DNA from: the human T2T-CHM13v2.0 reference genome, Homo sapiens
Reading direction: 5' to 3' (one strand)
DNA length: 64,000 nucleotides
Assembly (NCBI RefSeq): GCF_009914755.1
Contig: NC_060941.1
Part shown: in pieces, positions 1-13,466 of the stretch
Position numbering within the stretch: the stretch's first letter is position 1
How the letters are laid out: every line of letters begins with the position of its first letter
The notes under the pieces: generated by a model
Databases searched by the model: none
The model's input: the letters and a program-made list of their open reading frames with translations, nothing else
What the model was told of the DNA's origin: nothing
Translations under genes and position numbers: made by a program

Positions 1-35
1 CCATAGAAACTGAGAGATTAAAAAAAAAAATTAAG

Positions 36-118
36 CCTCTCTCTCTCTTCCTTCCTCTCTCTCTCCCCCCCTCCCTCTCTCTCTCTCTCTCTCCCTCTCT
101 CTCTCTCTCCCTCTCTTT
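36..118. repeat. (CT)n/CT-rich microsatellite, probably derived from the tail of the adjacent Alu
   Basis: Run of ctctct directly abutting the minus-strand Alu fragment. Confidence 0.9.
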
Positions 119-120
119 TC

Positions 121-234
121 AGTGATGGGGTCTTGCCCTGTTGCCCAGGCTGGAGTGCCATGGGGCAATCATAGCTGACTGCATCCTCAAACTCCTGGGC
201 TCAAGCGATCCTCCTACCTGAGCATCCTAAGTAG
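121..234 (-). mobile_element. AluJ/FRAM-type fragment
   Basis: tcttgccctgttgcccaggctggagtg...ctcaagcgatcctcc. Confidence 0.85.
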
Positions 235-1589
235 TTTTTTTGTTTTTAAGTCTCTAAGGGTTGGGTAACGTGTTACAGAGAAAATGACAGTGAATACAGA
301 GGATGGACAATATGCATGAGAGTAAGATTGAGATGCAGGTGTGCCTGGCTCCAAGTCCATGCCCATAAACCCTACATCATGAAAAAGAAGGAGAAGGATA
401 TTCGGGTTGTGCCATACGCCTTCCTCCCCTAGCCCCTTTAACCAGAGTCCAGCTGGCTGGGGAATAATGGCACACGAAGACACCATGCTGAAGGCTAGAG
501 CCAGTCCAGACCTGGCTCAAGAGGAGAGGTGGGGCTGCCCAGGGGCTGGAGGCAGCTGGCTGTCTGCCTCCCTCCTTGTTTTGGGAGGCCCTGCGGAGAG
601 GAAGGGGTATTCACCTTGTTTGGAAGCTGCCCACTCAGGCCAGTGGCCATGGCAACCCTCACCATTCAGAGCTACTCCTCCAAGCCTGGAACTGCCCAGA
701 GTACCAGCTGCCACCCTCGTATGTACCCACCACGGCCCAGTCTGCCACCTTCCTCCAGGCAGAGCCTCCCACAGCTGCTGGAGCCTCCCCTAGGAGCTCC
801 ACTGGGGAGAAGCAGAGGTCCTCTCCTACCCCTTAGCCCTGGGGTCTGGAATTCAACCCTCCCCCACTCTGTTCCCAGTTGCCCTCTGTTTGACAAGAGG
901 AGCTTGGAAACCACCTCGATCCAGTCCTCAAACTCCCCTTCCCCTGTGCCGCTCTGAATTCCAGGCTATCCCCACGATATAGCCAAAGCACCCTGGCTTG
1001 CTTTGAAAGTGTCTGGGGAGTTTTTGATCCCCTGAAAAAAAAAGGCATTTATTATCAGAGACTGTTTGTACCATATTTTAGTGTCCTCAAGAGACAAAGA
1101 GAATTCTCTCTGCAGTTGAGTAAGCTTCAAAATAGAAAATCGGAGGGTGGGGTAGGTGACGGCCAAAAAGCAATCATTTATCAACCAGCGGGGAAGCAGG
1201 GACCGTAAACCTCTTTGGTGGCTGCAGGTTTCATCACAGCCTGACTTATGCACCTGACTCTGGAGAGGAGGTGAGAATGGGGTGTGCAGAAGTCAGTGGG
1301 TCCCGCAGTCTTCCCTCCTTCAGCGTTGGTGGCCACAGTCTGTCTGTGGTCACTTGCCCCCACAGCCCCCTGCTCTGCCTTCCATTTATCGAGACCTTTC
1401 CCTTGCATTTGCGGAGGGGGAAGAAGCAGAGGTTAGGTTGCTGACATTCTGCACACCCCACAACTCCCCAGAGAAATCCTGGGGCTGATCAGTAGAATCC
1501 AGCCACCTTTCACTGGCAGAAGGCACAGTGTTTTTCTCCCTGGAGGTTTTTAACCTGTTACTTCATGTAAGCCTCCTATTGTCAAATAG

Positions 1590-2215
1590 AGAGAAACTGA
1601 GGGGCTTTGGAAGCAAACAGACTTGGGAAATTCTTGGCAAATTCTTAACTCTATCTCTTTGTGGGTGACCTGGGATATGTTCCCGGTGTCCTCAGCCTCT
1701 GAGTGCTCTTGGAAGATTAAATGGGATAAACCATGTGGAGTGACCAGTGCGAGGCCCAGCATGTTCTAGAAGCTCAAAGGAATGGCTACCACAAGTCAAG
1801 GTAAGGATGCTACCACTTTTCACAGATGACACAACTGAAGCTCAGAGAGGGTGAGTAACAATCCCAAGGTCACAGATATATTGGGTGCAGAGCCCAAACC
1901 AGGACCTGGGGCTCCAGGTCTCCAACCACCTTGCCGTTTGTTTCTCTCAATCAGACAGACATTTTCATTCCCATCTGTAAAATGGGGATAGGGATAGTAC
2001 CTATTTGTAGGATAGCTGGAAGGACAGTGTGGGAGGTGGTCAGGCATGTGGACTCTGGTACCAAGTTCCTGGGTTCAAATCCCAGTTCTCCATCTACGAA
2101 CTTTGTGACTTTGTGTAAGTTATCGACATCTGGGTGCCTCATCTCTCCCATCTGTAAACTGGAGCTAATATGGATCTAGCTCACAGGCTTGTTGGAGGAA
2201 TAACTTGGGCTAATA
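1590..2215. mobile_element. Cluster of MIR fragments in mixed orientation
   Basis: MIR core motifs: gaaactgagg, cccaaggtcacag, ctgggttcaaatcccag, catctgtaaaatgggga. Confidence 0.7.
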
Positions 2216-3391
2216 GTCAGTAAACATCCCTCAATAATCTAAAACCCCGCTGCCTGTGGTTCCCACACCCAGAGGTCTAGGCTAACCAAGGCTGGGGCAG
2301 GTTTCTGGGAGATGGTGAAGCTGGCTGCAGACCATCCTGACCCCACAGAGGGCTTGGTGGGATGAGGAGAGGCACTGCCCTGGCAGGACTGGGACTGGGA
2401 AGGAAGGCCAAGAGGACTGGAGGCCTCTACCCCATGCCACCTTCAGGCAGTACTACCCGAGAATTGTTCCCTCTCTAGCTGAGTGGAGTGTCGGGCATGC
2501 GGGCCAAGTTCTTGAGTAACCCAGTTTTGAGCAATTCTCTAAAGGAGTGTTAAGCCCCAGAGGAATGCATGTCGGCTGTGTTGGTACAGCTTCTGGGTTT
2601 GATCTCTGTTTTAAAGACATTCATTAATCAGCCTCCACTCTATTTTTAGACAAGTCATGCCTAGCCATCCACCAGACTCTGGCCCCTCTCTGAGACTGGA
2701 CTTTATTTTCTGATGTAAAAAAAAAAAAAAAAAAAATGAGAGCGAGAAGTGAAGCAATTTTCTTAATGCTCCTTTAAGGAGGGGGTAATACAGAAATCAC
2801 TTCTCAGCACATCAGCAGTTTGCTAAATTTACACAAAATTAGCTGTCCTGATAAGGCTGTGTTCATTCCTCTATATTTGGGATGTTTTGCCTGTTTTGTG
2901 ACTGTTTCTTTAGGAGTCAGCTTCCTCTACCAGACTGAGAATAAGCATAGAGTCTGTTTCTCTTGCTGTTGACATGATTTCTTCATTAGCGTCACCAGCA
3001 TCCAACGCAGTGTCTGGCACCAAGGATTTCCATGAATATTTGTCAGGCGAATGCCCATCCTTCCTGTCCCCATTCCTTCTTTCTCTTCAGCAAGACATAC
3101 GGCACCTTGAGGGTGGTCTCTGAGGGATAGAGATTTTGCTGGTCCAGCTAATTCTCTTTCCTCTACTTTTCATACAGAAATCCCCTTTCCACTAGGATTT
3201 CCACTAGGGACCCATTTCATGTGGTTCAGACAAGGTGAACCTTGTTCACGGGGTCAGACATGTGACCCAGACCTGGCCACAGTTCCCAATCTCCGTGAAC
3301 ACAGTTGGTTCAGACACGGACCCACGAGCTAAGAAAAGCTGATGAGAGCACCCGCAGGAGAGTGAGGTACAGCACAGTTTGGGATCTAGAT

Positions 3392-3618
3392 CTGTGCTGT
3401 CTAATACAGTAGCCACTAGCCGTGTGTAGCTATTTAGATCTAAATTTGAATTAACTAAAGCTAAAAATTAACTAAAATAAAATAAAAAATTCAGCTCCTC
3501 AATCACATTATTCATATTTCAAGTGTTTAATAGCCATGCATGGCTAGTGGTTACTGCACTATACAGCACAGATATAGGAGAGTTCTATTATGATAGAAAG
3601 TTCTGTCGGACAGCACAG
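3392..3618. mobile_element. MER3/MER33-like hAT-Charlie MITE
   Basis: 10-bp terminal inverted repeats ctgtgctgtc / gacagcacag; internal tagccactagcc and tggctagtgg motifs. Confidence 0.8.
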
Positions 3619-3667
3619 AAATTGCCGTTTCTGAACCCAATCCCAAAAGATTTCTTGATCGATCGAT

Positions 3668-3782
3668 CTTCCTTCCTTCCTTCCTCCCTCCCTCCCTCCG
3701 TCCCTCCCTTCCTCTTCTCTTCTCTCTCCTTCTCCTGCCCCTTCCCCTTCCTCTTCCTCCTCTTTTTCCTCTTCTTCTTCTT
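3668..3782. repeat. CT-rich low-complexity tract
   Basis: (CCTT)/(CCCT)/(CTT) runs. Confidence 0.9.
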
Positions 3783-4051
3783 TTTATATTAAGTTTGTTT
3801 GAGTTGAGTTTCTATTATATAGAACCCAAATAGTCTTGACCAAGATAGATAGGACTAATTATAGTTCATCAAGCACTCACAGATGCTGAAGTTCATCCAG
3901 ATGAGATCATTTAACACCCACAGAGTTATTCAGTTTCCAGACAAGCCCTTATCAGTGGATCACAGAATACCAGTTTATCTTCTCAACTTTGACCAGGCAA
4001 ATATCTCACCCTTTATTCCAGCTATTGATGATTCCAGATAGATGATTGTTT

Positions 4052-4087
<36 letters not shown>
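4052..4087. repeat. (GATA)9 tetranucleotide STR
   Basis: Perfect GATA array. Confidence 0.95.
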
Positions 4088-4089
<2 letters not shown>

Positions 4090-4654
4090 GCATCACTCAC
4101 TCACCTGGCACAGTAATCTTACACCTTTCTTCACTTAATTGCCTCCATTCTGATCTGATATCCAAGTTGTTCCTATTTGCACAATGAAAACCTCCGGCCT
4201 TTGAGAAGCAAGGATCTGAGGCTTAATTGGACCCCCTTAAATTTGAGGGCTACCTCAAATTTAAATTAAGGAACTTGGGTCAGTAAGAAAGAGAATTCTC
4301 ACAAAAATCCCAGAACAGCTCCAAACTCAGGCTTTCCAAAGGTTAAATGAGATGCAGAAAATGACAGGAAGACCAGGAATCAAGACACTGTTCTCTTGCA
4401 TCTTCTGTAGCACCTGATTATTAATGTGACTCTATCCCCACTACTAACTGCTAGACTCTCAATTTCTATACCTTCAGCTCAAATTTTAAAGAAAGATACT
4501 CTGAGGAACCTAATTTATTTCCCCTTACCCCTGCTAAGAAAGTTCCAGACAAGAGCTCCCCATAGGCTACCAGCCAGCCAATGAACTGGTTGCTCTTGGG
4601 TCAGGTGCTTTCCTCTGGTCCAATCAGCTGAGGTGGAAGGTTACATGATATCAG

Positions 4655-4700
4655 GACAATCACAGGTCTGATCTCTCGACAATCACAGGTCTGATCTCTC
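4655..4700. repeat. 23-bp perfect tandem duplication
   Basis: gacaatcacaggtctgatctctc x2. Confidence 0.95.
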
Positions 4701-5777
4701 AGCAGAGTTGGTAGATGGAGCAATGGTTCTAAATATACGGTGTTAGAAAAGTATCAATGGGATCAAGGTTAAATGTACAGACTGTGAGGCCAGACTGGGC
4801 TCAAATGTAGTTCTTCTGTTGGTTAACTGTGACCTTGGGCGAGTTATTTCAACTCTTATCTCTAAAATGGGGGTAATAATACTTATCTCACTAGATTGGT
4901 TAGCAGAGAGCCTGTTGGCAGCAAGCACACATACTCTGTTAGCTATGTTTGTATTTATTTGTTGAATTTATTATTTTTTGCATTATATGATTAGCCTATT
5001 CTAGATACCGAGGAAGTTGTCCACAGAGGGAAAAAATTATACCAAGAAGCAAGAGAGCCTGTTTTCTGACCCCCTCTCAGTCACTTGGTAATTATTATTC
5101 CTCAATCTTCACATCTGAGGATATAACTATTTTACCTGACTGAAGACAGAAGGGGTATACCAGATGGTTTCACCAAGATCCATCAAATTCTAGTCAAAGA
5201 TTCTTCCATTTTAATTAAGCCCATTGCTTCCTGTTTGATCTTCTAAGGGCAGAGAATAACAATGTAAGCTCTGACCATTTAAAAAAATCATCATTCCTGC
5301 TCTAATCATCTCAAACCATTCATTCACTGGTCATCCCGGGAAGGTCAACAGCAATCTCCGAAGAGTCTGGTACCACGTCCTCCTCACAAGTCACTGCTAT
5401 AAGACTGACACTTATCAAAATGTCTGCCCATCTCCACAGAGACGCTCCTAATGTGCCTTGTTTCTGCTTTATGACAATGACCTTGGTTACAGCCAGTTGG
5501 TCCAGGAATAGGCACCTGACCCAGTCTGGGCCAATCTGGCCCCCTCTCTTGGGAATGGTGACCAAAAGAGTCTGTCTCAGCAGAAACTGGAAATGTAACA
5601 TAAACAGTCATAAGCCAGGGGCCTGCTGGCAGTGCCATGGGGGCTAAAGAACAGAAAAGGCTAGTCTACAAAGAAAGAAGAGAATGAAATTGATGTCCAA
5701 GAAAACTGGATTCAAGACACCAGAGAGAAAATGAGCCAACCCATTCACACTTCCAGGCCCTTTCTGAGGCATGACAA

Positions 5778-6325
5778 TGTGGCAGAATGTATTTTCCAAT
5801 ATTTTCCATCCCATACGCTCTTCCAGAACCTTGCCACTGCATCAAAAGATGGTGTCTATATCCCTTCCGCCTGAAACGGTGAGCCTTTGTGACTGCTCAC
5901 ACTTCTAGGATGTGGCAGAAGTGACGCTGTGTGATTGCTGAGGCTAGATCATAAAAGGCAACACAGCTTGCACACAGCTCTATCTCTTTGGACACTCATC
6001 CTTGGAATGGCAGCCACCATGCTCTGAGGAAGCACAGGTCACATGGAGCGCCCCACTTGGAGACAAATGGAGGCCCCCCAGCCCTCAGTGCTGGCTGAGC
6101 AACCAGCAGACAGCCAGCACCAACCTGCCACCAGGTGAGTGTGCCATCTTGAAAGCAGATCCTCCAGTCCCAGTGAAACCAGCCCAGGTAACACCACATG
6201 AAGCAGAGGTGAGACTTCCCCACTGAGCTCCATGTAAATTGCAGATTCAGGAGCAATATATGATTGTCACTTAAAACTGCTAAATTTGAGGTTGGTTTGT
6301 GAAGCAGCAATAAATCACTAGAACA
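5778..6325 (+). mobile_element. MaLR solo LTR, MLT1F-like, flanked by older MLT1 fragments
   Basis: TG...CA ends; gaagtgacgctgtgtga, gtgccatcttgaaagcagatcctccag and terminal gcagcaataaatcactagaaca. Confidence 0.75.
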
Positions 6326-6732
6326 ATGATGTCTCTGTCTTCAATTTACAAAAGACAGCCCTATATCCTTAGAGCAAAGCCCCCATTCTGGCTTAAGCTA
6401 GTTCACTTGGGTTTATTTGACCTACAACTAAAGAATGAAAGCTATTGAAGGCTTCTTTTCCCACTTTAAATAGGAGTGAGAGGAGGAAAAGGAAATTAAG
6501 GCTCTCTTTCTAATCTGCAGCCCACCACATGCGTTCAGGTACTCAGGTAAGGGTCCTTAGTCTTTTCCACATGTATGTGTATATTTGCATAGCTGGAACC
6601 TTAAGCTTTTTTACTCCCTTAAGCATTAGTTATGAGGTTTTGCTCACTGTGGACACTTAACCCCAAAGACGACTGTCAGCCACAGAGTGTTAACAAAACC
6701 AAAAGACTCTTTCCATTAAGAACAATGATCCT

Positions 6733-7365
<633 letters not shown>

Positions 7366-7945
7366 TCACATAACATGTATCACATGACATAGATCACATA
7401 ACATGCATCACATAACGTACATTACATAACTTTGTCATATAACATATCACATAACACTTAACGTAGCACTGCATCATAGAACATACATCATGTAATGCTG
7501 CATCATATACAACACATAATACCACATAACAACATACACACCACATAACACTGCATCATATAACATGCATGATATAACACCACATCACATACCTTACATC
7601 ATCATATAACACATATCACATAACACTGCATCATATTATATATCATATAACACTGCAACATATAACATATCACATAACATACATCACATCATATAACACT
7701 GCAAAATATACATCACATAATACCACATCACATACCATACATCATCACATTACATATATTACATAGCACAGCATCATATATATCACATAACACTGCAACA
7801 TATAACATACCGCATACCATACATCACATAACATATATCACATAACATGGTATCCTATAACATCACATAACTGCAACATATGTATCACATAACGTATAAC
7901 ACATAACGTATGTCACATCACACATACCACATAACACCACATCAC
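7366..7945. repeat. Degenerate (CATAA/CACAT)n simple repeat or minisatellite
   Basis: Recurrent cacataac, acatatca and actgca units; very G-poor on the + strand. Confidence 0.9.
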
Positions 7946-8118
7946 CAGATGTACATACTTCAGTAATTCATTATCTTGTGCAGAAGAAAAAACAAAGATA
8001 CAAAGTCTGGGTGACCTGGATGTTGCCCCCTAAAAGTCAGAGTCTGAGCCACTGCCAGGGACACCCAGGACTCCTGAGTACCTTTAGGTTGAGCCGAGCC
8101 TTCAGCCAAAGGGACTAA

Positions 8119-8272
8119 GGATCCACCATCAGGAAAGAGGTAAGAAGGAACTGGAAACAGTTGTGGCCCATCAAGAAGTTTCAGCCAGTCAGGATGGATC
8201 CACCATCAGGAAAGAGGTAAGAAGGAACTGGAAACAGTTGTGGCCCATCAAGAAGTTTCAGCCAGTCAGGAT
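8119..8272. repeat. 77-bp perfect tandem duplication
   Basis: 8119-8195 equals 8196-8272; ORF starts at 8163 and 8240 are also 77 bp apart. Confidence 0.95.
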
Positions 8273-8363
8273 GTATCCACCACACATGGTTACCACAAAC
8301 CCCATCATAACAAAAACTCTATGTCATATAAAGATTTCCAAGCCCTGGCAAGAACCAATATAC

Positions 8364-8552
8364 TGAGTTCCAGGGAAATCAATACATTTCAACAGAGTCT
8401 TGGTATATATGGCAATGAGATTTGACCCAGTGTCATCTCCAGGGTTGAAGAAATGTTGGAAATGAGTTCCAGGGAAATCAATACATTGCAACAGCCTTGG
8501 CATATATGGCAATGAGACTCGACCCAGTATCCTCTCCAAGGCTGAAGAAATG
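8364..8552. repeat. Diverged tandem duplication with ~99-bp period
   Basis: tgagttccagggaaatcaatacatt...gaagaaatg at 8364-8455 and 8463-8552. Confidence 0.9.
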
Positions 8553-8599
8553 GCAGAGCAAAAAGCCATTGCTATACCACTCTCCTGACCTGGCCATGG

Positions 8600-9051
8600 A
8601 GTAAGGACTAAAATGAAGGCCAATATTAATATGCCGCCTTGATATCTGGTGAGACTGGGAAGATGTTGCATGGCCTAACCACAAGTTCCTCTCCCCACTC
8701 CTATGGGAAAGATCCCCCAGCCAGACAACCCTCCTTGGCAAAGGGACCAGGTGCAGTTCCTGCTTATCCTTGAGTAGTGGGTTTCATTTCTCTGCCAACT
8801 ATGGACTTATTCAAACAAACCAATCACATCCCCTCATGGAAACAAGGGGACACCTCACCCTCTTGATACTACAAAACCTGACGCCCACAGCCCTGTTTGT
8901 TACTTCTGTACCTGCCTCAGCATAACCCCTGCACTCAGCTGCTGTTGGGATCATCTGCCCAGGGTCAGGTGCTATGTATTTGGCCATTGCAGTAACCTTA
9001 GTGTGGGAGTCCCCTTCTCACCCATTGGTTGAATAGGAGGCAATTAAACCA
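8600..9051 (+). mobile_element. ERVL-class solo LTR (LTR47-like; subfamily tentative)
   Basis: ~450 bp; motifs atggcctaaccacaagttcc, ttattcaaacaaaccaatcacatcc and terminal gaataggaggcaattaaacca recalled from ERVL LTR consensus. Confidence 0.55.
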
Positions 9052-9632
9052 CTGGCCTTTCAAAAAGGTTCTGGTGCTTCCCATCCAGCAGCCTTGGTGG
9101 TATTGAGCATCAGGATTCATTGGCTCTGCAGTCCATTCATTCAACAACAGTTATTGCGTAGGTTTTGGTGCCAGGCACTGTCCTCCAGGGCCATATGCCC
9201 AGTTGCTGAGACCTTGTCCTTGACCTGTTGTGGACATTAGTCAGCAACATTTACTGACAACACACACCCACCCAATTCCCAATCATTGGGAAGCAATTGG
9301 CCTAACAAAACAGTCCTCCGCTGTGGGATGTGTATGGCATGGGGCTGCAGTAAGGTCCTTGGTGCCATATTTAAGCTTCTACATGTTCTAATCCTGGTTC
9401 TTTCTTCCCCTCTAGAAGGCTGGAAACTTTTCAAAGAAGAAGAGGGTGAGTTTCTCTGACCATATTAGCCATGAGCAGCCACAGTGAAAGAATTAATGAA
9501 TTAGTTGCCTTTGCTTATCTTTGCCCTGGACTTCAGACCTCCTTCAGGAGCAATGGAGGGATCCAAAAGCCAACACTGGAAGATGTGGATGGTGCTTCCA
9601 GCTCAAGGACGTGGCCTCCAGCAAGTCCCTGA

Positions 9633-10001
<369 letters not shown>

Positions 10002-10111
10002 AATGATCACATTTTCCTACCTAACTCCCTGGGCTGCTGGGATAGCAGATGAGAATGGGTGAGAGGTTCTTTGGAAAGTGAAGGTGGTGCTGTCCAGCAG
10101 CTATGTCAGAC

Positions 10112-10788
<677 letters not shown>

Positions 10789-10934
10789 GGCACCCAGTAG
10801 AAGGCAGCCCCTGTGTGTGGGTAGGTTCCACACAAAGGCAAGCCTAGCCCCAAGGTCGCCACCAACAAACCCCAGAGCCATTTTTCCATGGGGTCTGAAA
10901 ACTGCACCATTAGATGCTGCTTAGTTTAGGACTT

Positions 10935-11421
<487 letters not shown>

Positions 11422-11490
11422 TATAAATGCATTTTATAAGTTCAAATTGACATTTACTAGTTATCGAAGCTATTCATTGAGAATAGTTAG

Positions 11491-11845
11491 TGATACAGTT
11501 CGGCTGTGTCCCCACCCAAATCTCACCTTGAATTGTAACAATCCCCACATGTCAAGGACTAGGCCAGGTGGAGATAACTGAATCGTGGGAGCAGATTTTC
11601 TGTGCGATTCTCATGATAGTGAATAGGTCTTATTAGATCTGATGGGTTTCTAAAGGGAAGTTCCCCTGCACATGCTCTCTTGCCTGCTGCCATGTAAGAC
11701 ACGCCTTTGCTTCTCCTTTGTCTTCTGCCATGATTATGAGGTCTCCCCAGCCATGTGGAACTGTGAGTCCATTAAACCTCTCGCCTTTATAAATCACCCA
11801 GGCTCAGATATGTTTTTTTTAGCAGCATGAGAACAGACTAATACA
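11491..11845 (+). mobile_element. THE1 (B/C-like) solo LTR
   Basis: tgatacagttcggctgtgtccccacccaaatctca...gaacagactaataca; ~355 bp; 5-bp TSD gttag/gtttg. Confidence 0.9.
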
Positions 11846-12519
11846 GTTTGGCTATTCAAATAAATGCAAAAATCTGGAATATGGATTATAGATACAGTGA
11901 ACATATTGCCCAACCTGGGCGATATTAATTAAATGGGATGACAGGAACTGTCCCCGGATGACCAGGATCAAATGACCCTACTTATGCATGACCTTTGTCT
12001 TCCATCAGACCCCAGGGCCCGTTAAACTCAAGTCAAATATTTTCTAGTTTCCCAGGCACCTCTGTGGAATCCAGTTTGAAAAACAGCATCTTAAGCTACT
12101 CTTGGCCTGCCGAGGAGATGTTATCACATCACCCAACACCCCCAGCAGATGTGAAGATTAGAACCCTGGGCCAGGAATGTCTGAGGAGGGAGGCTGGGGG
12201 TAGGTGAGATGGCAGAGGAAGGAATGGGAAGAACAGGAAAAGAGGAAGAATCTGAAAGGTCTGCTGGGGATAGGTTTTGGAGTTCAGGGTAAGAAAGAAG
12301 AAAGACTTCACCCAAGAGAGATGTGGAGAGGACACCACCTCCCAAATCTGTGCTGTTCATGAGGGTACCTGACAGTAACCTTGTTGATCCCCCAGGGCAA
12401 GCAAACATCTGAGTCTCAGTGAGTCTGGAGGGAGAGCAAGCTGGTGAGGTTCTGCACATCAGGTGTGTTTTAGGAATTATTTGCCAGGCTTTGAGAGAAT
12501 GTTCTTCAGGCTTATCAAC

Positions 12520-12972
12520 TGTGTTCAGCTTCCATGGTGTATTAAACAAACTGGGTGGTTTAAAACAACAAAAAGAGTTGCTCTTTCACAGTTCTGGAGG
12601 CTAGAAGTCTGAAGTCAAGGTGTTGGCAGGACCACACTTCCTCTGAAGGCTCCAAGGAAGAGTGCTCCTTGTCTCTTCCAGATTCTGGGGGCTCCAGGCT
12701 GTCCTTGGCGTTCCTCGGTTTGTAGCTCATCACCCCAGTCTCTGCCTCTGCCTTCACATGGCCTTCGCCCATTTGTGTGTCTCTGCGTGCACTCCTATTC
12801 TTATAATATAAAGACTACAGTCATTAGATTTAAGGGCCCACCCTAATCCAGTATGACCTTATCCTAACTAATTACATCTGCAAAGACCCTATTTCCAAAT
12901 AAAGTCACATTCAGAGGTTCTAGATGGACATGAACTTTGGTGGGGGGTGGACACTATTAAACTCACTATGCA
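12520..12972 (-). mobile_element. MLT1C-like solo LTR
   Basis: cacagttctggaggctagaagtc, aattacatctgcaaagaccctatttccaaata. Confidence 0.8.
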
Positions 12973-13466
12973 TTGCATTCATTGGTATTATAGATCAATA
13001 ACTTATTGGTTTATCCAGTACTGACTCCAGCTAAGGAGAAGGCAAGCTTTCTATAAGCAGAATCTGCTGCTTCTAGTTCCCCCAGAATATTCTCTCTTCA
13101 ATCCATCTTCTGAACTCTCCATCTTCCTTCTTTAGAGGTCCCCCTTCTCCTACATTCCCTGTGTTCCAAATAGAGCAACCACATGTTCAGGAACTACTCA
13201 CGCTAAAAACTTGCAGGTCAGTCTCAATAGCTCATGCTCACTCACTTCCGCCACCACCGATCCTAAAACTCACACAAATCCCTGTGTGATTATTCCCATT
13301 TCTGTTATTCCCCTCCTCTCTCATTCCTGCTTTATGTCTTTATTGCCGTTCACCTGGACTGCCATGAAAACGCCGTGTCCCCGTCCACTCTGCACTTCAT
13401 TGATCTCAAATGCAAGACTAGTCACACACTCCACAAGCCCCTTTAGGAATCACTTGAAATAAACCC

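Noticed and set aside
8119-8552. CRISPR-like repeat-spacer appearance
   Set aside because: Two simple two-copy duplications in primate DNA; no spacers and no cas genes
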